From Eledone cirrhosa (taxonomy: Eukaryota), in the NCBI GenBank assembly GCA_964016885.1, contig OZ024750.1:18786001-18850000 (forward strand): DNA of 64,000 nucleotides, in the 5' to 3' direction. Positions 55,583-64,000 of the stretch are shown one piece after another. The notes under the pieces were generated by a model. It had not been told where the DNA came from, did not search any database, and saw only the letters and a list, made by a program, of their open reading frames with translations. Each line of letters begins with the position of its first letter. Within the stretch, counting starts at the first letter, position 1. The position numbers and the translations under genes were made by a program.

Positions 55583-56100
55583 TATAGTAATAATAATAAT
55601 AAATTTGAAGACTAAAATCCAAAGAGGGCTCGATAAGGATAAATATATATCAAATATATAAGAACCCGAAAGCAAATATTTATTAAAATAACAGATTAAA
55701 GTTTAAGCAAAGAATCGCTGCTTTCACCCTTAACAGGATCTTCTGAAACCAAAAAAAACGTTGCAACCGAAGGAAAACAGGAAGACGATATTTTGGTTTG
55801 TGAAGACGTTCTCTGGCAATGAACAGAAAAAATCGAAGATAATACGTCATTATGTAGAGCGATGAGAACAATTACGCGCAAAGACAAAACCAAGTTTATG
55901 GTATAAATGAAGTCGTAGACTAATATTCTATTAGATGGTTCGTGGAGACGTTCTCTGGCAATGAACTGAAAAAAGCAAAGATAATACGTCATTATGTGGA
56001 GCGATGAGAACAATTACATGCAAAGACAAAACCACGTTTATGGTATAAATGAAGTCGTACACTAATATTCTATTTAGGAAACCGAATAATTCTCGGTTAT
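55583..56100 (-). mobile_element. PLE-like 3' segment with two ~140-bp repeats, HHR-like motif, AATAAA and full tail (no inversion)
   Basis: Homologous to 25150-25636 plus the tail seen at 25036 and 35511. Confidence 0.7.
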
Positions 56101-56478
56101 AAATATCATCATCATCATCATCATCATCATTTCATTTTACGTCCGCTTTTTCCCTGCTTGCAAGGGTGTGACGGGAACTGATTTTGGCTTGATTTCTACA
56201 GCTGAATTCCCTTCCTAACACCAACCTCATTTACAGTGAGTGCTGGGTGCTTTTTTGCCGTGGCAACTCCACGACCACTTTGCAGTGGAATGATATGGAC
56301 CCCAGTCCCTATCATCTCATTTCTACAGCTGAGTAAACTGGAGCAATGTGAAATAAAGTGTCTTGCTCAAGGAAACAACACACCACCCGGTCTGAGAATT
56401 GAACTCACAACCTTTCGATTGCAAGGCCAATGCTCTAACCACTAAGCCATGTGCCTCCATGTATCTAATATAGAAATG

Positions 56479-56528
56479 GCTTCTACAGGACTAGAACTGT
56501 TTCATTCGAAGGAAATCATCAGAAAAGC
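56479..56528 (-). ncRNA. Hammerhead ribozyme, same family as 15022
   Basis: gctttt CTGATGA tttccttcgaat GAAA cag-ttctagtc-ctg TA^ gaagc, inside hairpin 56466-56551. Confidence 0.7.
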
Positions 56529-56558
56529 ATATAGAAGCCATTTCTATATTAAATATAT

Positions 56559-56913
56559 ATAGGAAAATGTTCAAGACCCCGACGGCAGAGCTCAAGCCAT
56601 TTCGACGGCTATTTCTGGACTAAATTAGATTTTTAGCATGGTAGTAAATAGCCAAACTTTTCAAGGGGTAATTCCTTATATGGGCGTGCGATAATGATGC
56701 ATTTCTGAAGATATAAGGAATTACCCCTTGAAAAGTTTGGCTATTTACTACCACGCTAAAAATCTAATTTAGTCCAGAAATAGCCGTTGAAATGGCTTGA
56801 GCTCTGCCGTCGGGGTCTTGAACATTTTCCTATTACCCATTCTACTACCCAAAGTATTGAGTACTCTGGTGCATTATGGTCCACCTGGTTCCTTATCACA
56901 CTTCCTTTGTTAA

Positions 56914-56915
<2 letters not shown>
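56559..56915 (+). mobile_element. Hairpin element with ~123-bp arms and tail
   Basis: Arms 56559-56681 and 56711-56833. Hammerhead-like fold acccc TTGAAAA...GAAA tggc...gccg TC ggggt with a degenerate core. Confidence 0.75.
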
Positions 56916-56946
<31 letters not shown>

Positions 56947-56949
<3 letters not shown>

Positions 56950-57294
56950 TCATTTCATCATTTCATTTCATTTTACATCCACTTTTCCCTGCTTGCAAGG
57001 GTGGGATGGGAACTGATTCTGGCTTGATTTCTACAGCTGGATGCCCTTCCTAACACCAACCTCATTTACAGTGAGTGCTGGGTGCTTTTTTGCCGTGGCA
57101 CCTCCACGACCACTTTGCAGTGGAATGATAGGGACCGCAGTCCCTATCATCTCATTTCTACAGCTGAGTAAACTGGAGCAATGTGAAATAAAGTGTCTTG
57201 CTCAAGGAAACAACACATCACCCGGTCTGAGAATTGAACTCACAACCTTTCGATTGCAAGGCCAATGCTCTAACCACTAAGCCATGTGCCTCCA
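56947..57294 (-). mobile_element. tRNA-derived SINE B (CORE-like domain plus RTE-derived tail), representative copy
   Basis: Head GGAGGCACATGGCTTAGTGGTTAGAGC...GAGTTCAATTC; CCTTGAGCAAGACACTT core; tail shared with the RTE 3' UTR. Other copies 8720-9011, 12763-13140, 55250-55512, 56105-56460, 62028-62365. Confidence 0.85.
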
Positions 57295-57725
57295 TATATA
57301 TATATAAATACAAGGATATGTCAGATTAAAATTTATTTGTGTGAATCAATGTGCAAACCAAAATAAATATGAAAGATTGGTTACCAAAGTATTTTTCTCC
57401 ACGTGTTTGTTGCAGGAAGTACAGTAACAGTCCAATTAGAGAGTTTAAAGTACAATATCTAAGGAGATCACAAAGTAAATATATTACAGGAAAAACAAAT
57501 GACTAGGTAAGAAGTAAAGGTTAGAAGGGAAAGATTTATTTAGAGTTTGTTCCTTAACATATGTTTCTATACAATATCAGTACGATACTGGTACTATACT
57601 TTTAATATTATATCATCATCATCATCATCATCACTGTTTTACGTCCATTCTTCCACGCTAGCATGGGTTATATATATATTTATATATATATATGTTCTAG
57701 CCGATGATATTTCTTGTCTTTTTCC

Positions 57726-57770
57726 TTGCTCTGATGAGTCCTAATTAATGGGACGAAACATTGTCAGCAA
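57726..57770 (+). ncRNA. Minimal type I hammerhead ribozyme
   Basis: ttgct CTGATGA gtccta-attaa-tgggac GAAA cattg TC^ agcaa: intact core, stem I ttgct/agcaa, stem II, tiny stem III. AATAAA follows immediately; TA-rich flanks. Confidence 0.9.
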
Positions 57771-57816
57771 ATAAAGATTTTTAATGTATTAAAGGCTTCT
57801 TTGTTAATTTTATATA

Positions 57817-57849
<33 letters not shown>

Positions 57850-57852
<3 letters not shown>

Positions 57853-58212
57853 AAGAGGGTGTGATAAGTACTACATACTTAGGGTAGTAGAGTGGGTAAT
57901 CGGAAAAGAATGAGGACCCTGACGGCTGAGCTCCAGCCATTTCAACATCTGATCCGACAGCTAGATCGGATGTAGCTGTCGAAGCGGCCTGAGCTCAGCC
58001 TGACTCTTTTCATATATGAAAAGGTTTAACCCCGACGGCAGAGCTCAAGCCGTTTCGACGGCTATTTCTGGACTCCAGAAGTACCCGTCGAAACGGCTTG
58101 AGCTCTGCCGTCAGGGTTAAACTTTTTCCTATTACCCACTCTACTACCCTAAGTATTGAGTACTCTGGTGCGTTATGGTCCATCTGGTTCCTGACCACAC
58201 CTCCTTCGTTAT
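57850..58212. mobile_element. Two back-to-back hairpin-plus-tail elements of the 25685/56559 family, tails pointing outward
   Basis: Shared gacggc..gagctc..gccgtttcgac arms and the tacccactctactaccctaagtat tail. Confidence 0.7.
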
Positions 58213-58249
58213 ATATATATATCTCAGGATCGTTATATATATATATCGG

Positions 58250-59255
58250 GATCTCAGGAAGCTTAATTAAGAATGTAGGATTCGCATGCAGCAGCTGTGC
58301 TGAAACAGCAAGCAAACAGCCACAGGAAACAAGTACCACCAATCTCTGGGAGGGCCCTGTAGAAACAGTAGACAGCTTCTGCTACCTAGGTGACCGAATT
58401 AGCAACGGAGGTGGGTGCTCAGAAAGTACAATAACTAGGGTAAGAACGGGATGGAAGAAGTTTAGGGAACTACTACCACTGCTAGCTGCAAAAGGCTTCT
58501 CCCTCAGAATGAAAGGCAGACTGTATGATGCGTGTATCCGAACAGCGATGTTGCATGGTAGTGAGACCTGGGCGCTGAAGGTGGAAGACTTACGTAGATT
58601 AGAGAGAAACGAAGCCTGCATGCTCCGATGGATGTGTAACAGTAATATACGTGAACGACAAAGCATAAATGAATTGAGAGAGAGACTGAGCATAAGAGGA
58701 ATCAAATGCTGCGTGCAGGAGAGGCGGTTACGCTGGTATGGACATGTGATGCGTATGAAGGATGACAGCTGCATAAAAAGGTGCAGAGCACTAGAAGTTG
58801 ATGGAAACCGCGGAGTGGGGAGACCCAAGATGACTTGGGATGAGGTGATAAAAGCCGACCTTACCCAACTACACCTCTCAAAGTCAATGACACACGACCG
58901 TGACTTCTGGCGTCACGCAGTAATACAGGGTACCCGACCTCCCATGGGTACATGCTGAAGCATATAAACAATATGCCCCCCCCCCCCCCCCACCGCAAGG
59001 TGGTCGTGGAGGTGCCACGGCAAAAAAGCACCCAGCCCACACTGTAAAGTGGACGTGTAGGCGCCACGAAAAAGCACCCAGCACTCACTGTAAATGAGGT
59101 TGGTGTTAGGAAGGGCATCCAGCTGTAGAAATCAAGCCAGATCAGTTCCTGTATGAGCAAGGCATGGTCAGCCGACCAGACACTGCCCACAACAGGACAA
59201 CCCGTCTAACCCATGCTAGCGTGGAAGAACGGACGTAAAACGGTGATGATGATGA

Positions 59256-59258
<3 letters not shown>
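58250..59258 (+). mobile_element. RTE-clade LINE 3' fragment with 3' UTR and (GAT)n tail
   Basis: ORF to 58958: DSFCYLGD, RRLRWYGHVMRM, GRPKMTW; paralogous to 4843-5450. Confidence 0.9.
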
Positions 59259-59291
<33 letters not shown>

Positions 59292-59644
59292 CGTCAAATT
59301 GGGCTGAGGAAACAATGTTTCCATTTGTTTTTCCAAATACTATCTACTGGTTGCAAATCCAGGCAGAAGGAGCAACGTGAAATAAAGTGTCTTGCTCAAG
59401 GACATATGCGTTGCCTGGTCCAGGAATTGTACTCACAGCCTTACAATTGCGAATCCAATTCTCTAACCACACAGTGAGGTAGAGGATCGAGTGCCTGAAC
59501 TCGAGGTAGGGGATTGACAGCCGATCCTCCACCTCACAAATATACCCACACTCTGCATCATACCATATATTGAGTATTACTCTGATTTGTGATCTTCCCG
59601 GACTTCATACCGCAGGCACTCAATATATGTTGATGTCCTCCCTG

Positions 59645-59830
59645 AAAGGACTGTAGGGGATTTTGTGACAAAGTTTGTAGGTCTGTTGCTGGACACAAGT
59701 GGCACATGAGAGTGCATAAGGAGTAAGTTACAGGTAAGGCTATCCAAAGGCCGTCAGTGTGTCACATCTGTAAATGGGTATACAAGAGTAAGGAAGGTTT
59801 TCAGAGCCATTTGTGGACTCATAGCTGTTC
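59645..59830 (+). pseudogene. Decayed tandem C2H2 zinc-finger fragment, probably from an RTE LINE C-terminus
   Basis: FCDKVCRSVAGHKWHMRVH and CHICKWVYKSKEGFQSHLWTH in shifted frames. Confidence 0.5.
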
Positions 59831-60059
59831 AACACAACTTGGAGAGCTGGCCCTTTTCTGTAAAGAAGTGGCAGTTATTGTGTATGTATTTAGCACTGGT
59901 TACTAAAACATTTAATGGGCAAATGGAAATGAATGGGGCCTTCATTTCCTATCTGGCCTAATCCCTGAGCCCATTATCATCTTTGTATGGGTTAATTAGT
60001 GCTGCTGTTGCTGCTGCTGCTACTGCTACTACTACACCACTGCCACGTTTGCTGCTACA

Positions 60060-60111
<52 letters not shown>

Positions 60112-60112
60112 T

Positions 60113-60145
<33 letters not shown>

Positions 60146-62461
60146 AACCTGTCCATGTTTAAACCTCTTTGACATGATGTAAAAAAAATGTCCTTTGTTA
60201 TGATTTCTAATTAATTAATGTGAATTACTTGTTAATTACTAGGTTATTAATAACATTCCTAAGGTTGTTTCTGTTTAATTATAATAATTAGTTAAAAATA
60301 AAATAATTTTTTTTTTTGCCACAAAGCTTTTAACCCAATGCTCTAATGATTCTTCCAATCATCTGCCCTAATTATCAATTATGATAATGATAATGATTAT
60401 CTCTGCTAGCCTGAAGCCCTCCTCCTCCTCATCATCATCATCATCATCATAATTGTCGTCGTCGCCACCACCATCGTCATCATTACCACCACCTCTACTA
60501 TCACCCCCACCATCATTATCATCACTTCTCTTTGTTTGGGAGGTTTTCTACTGTTGGGTGCCCCTCTTATCACCAGCTACTTTACAAAGTCCAATGCGTA
60601 CCTTTTATCATGGTACCAGCACTAAGGAGATTGTTATGTCTTTAACACAACTAAAGAGTCCTCTTAATTAATTGTTTGGCAAATAATTGTTTCTACTTTT
60701 GGCACAAGGCCAGCAATTATCCCAGTGTATTACTGGTACTTTATTTTATCGACCCCTTAAGGATGAAAGGCAAAGTTAACCTCGGCGGGTTTTGAACTCT
60801 GTCTGTAAAGGGACGTAACTGTGCTGCAAAGCATGGCGTCCGACCCTCTACCGATACTGCCAATCCACCGCCCTGGTTTGGCAAATAATGGGAACATGTT
60901 TTAATTTTGGGAATGCAGTTATATTGTTAAAGTGTTCAGTTCACAACCATGGGGTTTTGAGTTCAATATGTGTGGGTGTGTGGGTGTGTGGGTGTGTGGA
61001 TGTGTGTTCATGTCAGTGTTCTCATTTGTGTTCTGATAAGAAGTAGCAATCAGTCTATGTATATATATATATATATACATATACATACACACACCCACAC
61101 ACACACACACATATATATATAAATATATATCATCATCATCATCGTTTTTACGCCTACTTTTCCATGGTTGCATTGGGTTGGACGGGTCCTTCTCAGCACA
61201 GTATCTCCCCACTTGTTGCATTCCTTCATCATCAGGGATCTGCATCTCACTTATGTCCAGTCTCGCGTTCTATCGGGTGTGCTGGAGAGATTGTGATGTT
61301 TTTGACACAAGTTAAGGGTGCCCCTAACCCTTTGATTGGCAAGCTTTCTAAAGCTGGATTCCCTTCCTATCACCAATTACTTTACAGTGTGTATTGGATG
61401 CATTTATCATGTAGGTCATCAACACTAGTGAAGCTGTCATATCATCACTTGATTGAAGAGTCCTTTCAACCCTTTTTTTTAGGCATGGTTTCTACAGCGG
61501 GTTGCCCTTCATGTTGCCAACCACCATACAATGTGTACTGGGTTGATCTTTGTCCCAACAGAAGAGCCCTCACAGACATGTGGGGAGGGGGGAGGGGGGA
61601 GGGGGGGGGGGGGTATGGGAGAGATAAGTATGAAGTTATAGCATGTGTGGTGTGATTTGAGATAGTGATGAGTGGGGTGATATATATATATATATATATA
61701 TACATATACATACATACATCATACATACATACGTACATACATATATTAGTCATTGAATGCGGTAATCATTTTCTATAGAAGAAATAACAAAGTTGATTTA
61801 AAAATTAGAGAGAAATGGACGGCCAGATAGAGAGATAGAGAAATAGGGAGATAGAGATAGAGAGATAGAGAAATAGGGAGATAGAGATAGAGAGATAGAG
61901 AAATAGGGATATAGAGATAGTGAGATAAGAAGATATATAGTCAGAGAGAGGGCGGAGTTACAAGCAAACATCTATTTTTTGACACAAAGAATTGATATTA
62001 CATATACTCCTTTTTTATCCATATATTTCATCATCATCTCATTTTACGTCCACTTTTCCCTGCTTGCAAGGGTGGGACGGGAACTGATTCTGGCTTGATT
62101 TCTACAGCTGGATGCCTTTCCTAACACCAACCTCATTTACAGTGAGTGCTGGGTGCTTTTTTGCCGTGGCACCTCCACAACCACTTTGCAGTGGAATGAT
62201 AGGGACCCCAGTCCCTATCATCTCATTTCTACAGCTGAGTAAACTGGAGCAATGTGAAATAAAGTGTCTTGCTCAAGGAAACAACACATCACCCGGTCTG
62301 AGAATTGAACTCATAACCTTTTGATTGCAAGGCCAATGCTCTAACCACTAAGCCATGTGCCTCCATATATTGGGTAAAATATACAGGATGTGCCTATGTG
62401 TTCCTATGTATGTTAATATGTGTGTGTGTACCTAGACAATGAATTAGTGGATTCAGTACAG

Positions 62462-63099
62462 TAGAGGTTCTCAAACTTTTTTGGCCCACTGTGCCCCCTC
62501 AGCACCCCAAGCCTATTTCCAGAGAGACCTACTAATATGCTAATTGTAAATAATATATAATAAATTAAATAGTTAATTTATATGTAATAAATGATATAAT
62601 ATATACTATGTATAAATAAATGTTATATATTTTTTATTCTACTATATTTTTTTAAATTCTACTATACACTGAGGATGAAGAACTGAGAGCTGTAAGGGAG
62701 CCTCCCAAAAGTCAACTCAAAAGTAACACAGAGTAGACTGAGGTTAGCTGGACATGCTCACCGACATCCAGAGTTGACACTGCACTCAGTGCTCCTGTGG
62801 GAGTCCCTACACGGACCCACTAGAAGAGAGAGACTGGGGTTGACATATGTTGATGCCCTAAGGACAGACACAGGTCTCTTGGAAACACAGGACATGGCAT
62901 CGATGATGAGGGACAGAGACTGCTGGAGAGAACTTGTCCATGGATCTCGGGAATTTTACCCACTCTAGATATATAATATTTATCATTTGATATTTAATAT
63001 GCTATTATATCATCTCTACCACCCATTAGGCCCCAGCGCCCCCCTGGACCTTCTCAACACCCCCCCGAGGGGTGGTAGCACCCACTTAGAGAACCTCTG
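62462..63099. mobile_element. hAT (Charlie-like) MITE containing an RTE fragment
   Basis: TIRs tAGAGGTTCTC / GAGAACCTCTG; TSD not clearly recoverable. Confidence 0.55.
62670..62968 (+). mobile_element. RTE LINE 3' fragment nested in a hAT-like MITE
   Basis: LAGHAHRHPEL..LLWE..G..TYVDALR.DTG...M.DRDCWR. Confidence 0.7.
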
Positions 63100-63624
63100 G
63101 TTTAGAACATAGAAAAAAAATGCCTCACAATATTCATTTTGACTCCTTATGTTCTGAGTTGAAGTCCTGCTGTGGGCTACTTAGGTGGTAGACTGGTCTT
63201 TGGATGCCTTTAACAGAGTTTAGGTAAGTGAGATGCAGGCTCCCAATTCATGAGAGGGGTCTATAGCTGTGCTTGATTACTGACTTGATCTGTGACTACT
63301 TAACCAACCCTTGCTATTACCTCAGTACATGCAATTACCTCAGTACATGACTGGTACTTTATTTCATTGACCCCATAAGGATGAAAAGCCAAGTTAACCT
63401 CGGCGGTATTTGAACTCAGAACGTAAAGAGGCGTAACTCTATGCTGCAAAGCATGGCATCCGAACCTCTACTGATACTGCCAAAATGATGATATGTGTAT
63501 GTATATGTGTGTGTATGTGTGTTGGTGTGTATGTGTGTGTGTATATATGCATGTATGTATGCCTACCAATAAGGTTAACCTTGTCTTTTACCCTCTCAGT
63601 GTTGATAAATACAGTACCTGTTAA

Positions 63625-64000
63625 GAACTGGGCTCAGTTCTTCTCTCCCCCTCTCTCTCTCTCTCTAAGACTGGGGGTCAGTTCTTCTTTCCCCCTCTCT
63701 CTCTCTCTCTATGACTAGGGCCAGTTCTTCTCTCCACCCCTCTCTCTAGGACTGGGGTCAGTTCTTCTCCTCCTCCCCCCTCTCTCTCTCTCTCTGACTA
63801 GAGTCAGTTCTTCTCCACCCCACCCCACCCCCCCTCTCTCTCTCTAGGACTGGGGTCAGTTCTTCTCCTCCTCCCCCTCTCTCTCTCTCTCTGACTAGAG
63901 TCAGTTCTTCTCCACCCCACCCCACCCCCCTCTCTCTCTAGGACTGGGGTCAGTTCTTCTCCTCCTCCCTCTCTCTCTCTCTCTCTCTCTGACTAGAGTC
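63625..64000. repeat. Minisatellite of alternating ~40-50-bp units (gactggggtcagttcttctcc / gactagagtcagttcttctcc plus CT run)
   Basis: About 8 units visible; runs off the window edge. Confidence 0.85.

Noticed and set aside
56236-56445. Recurrent ORF 'SAGCFFAVA...LEQCEIKCLAQGNN' (also 57041 and 62112)
   Set aside because: Antisense translation of SINE B, not a gene family.

Overview
AT-rich, microsatellite-laden animal DNA. The repeat content (tRNA-derived Meta- and CORE-type SINEs, RTE, R4/Dong and CRE LINE fragments, long TA/TATG tracts) suggests an octopus or other cephalopod genome; this is inferred. One host gene is well supported: two phase-compatible minus-strand coding exons (7815-6954 and 1633-1256) of an uncharacterised Ser/Lys-rich protein that continues beyond the left edge. 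A second minus-strand gene may end near 39.1-40.3 kb. Most ORFs in the track are repeat translations. The most striking signal is about 20 short elements sitting inside (TA)n tracts, from several families unrelated in sequence but built alike: an inverted-repeat hairpin of up to 195 bp per arm, a type I hammerhead ribozyme (HHR) or its 3' half, often AATAAA, and a one-sided 70-170 nt tail that opens with a covarying RCTC...GAGY helix. They resemble non-autonomous Penelope-like (PLE) pseudo-LTR or retrozyme-like insertions. Some inverted arms end at the predicted ribozyme cleavage site. Also present: a SINE 3' transduction with donor and copy both in the window, fold-back inversions at SINE junctions, and a SINE/RTE partnership.
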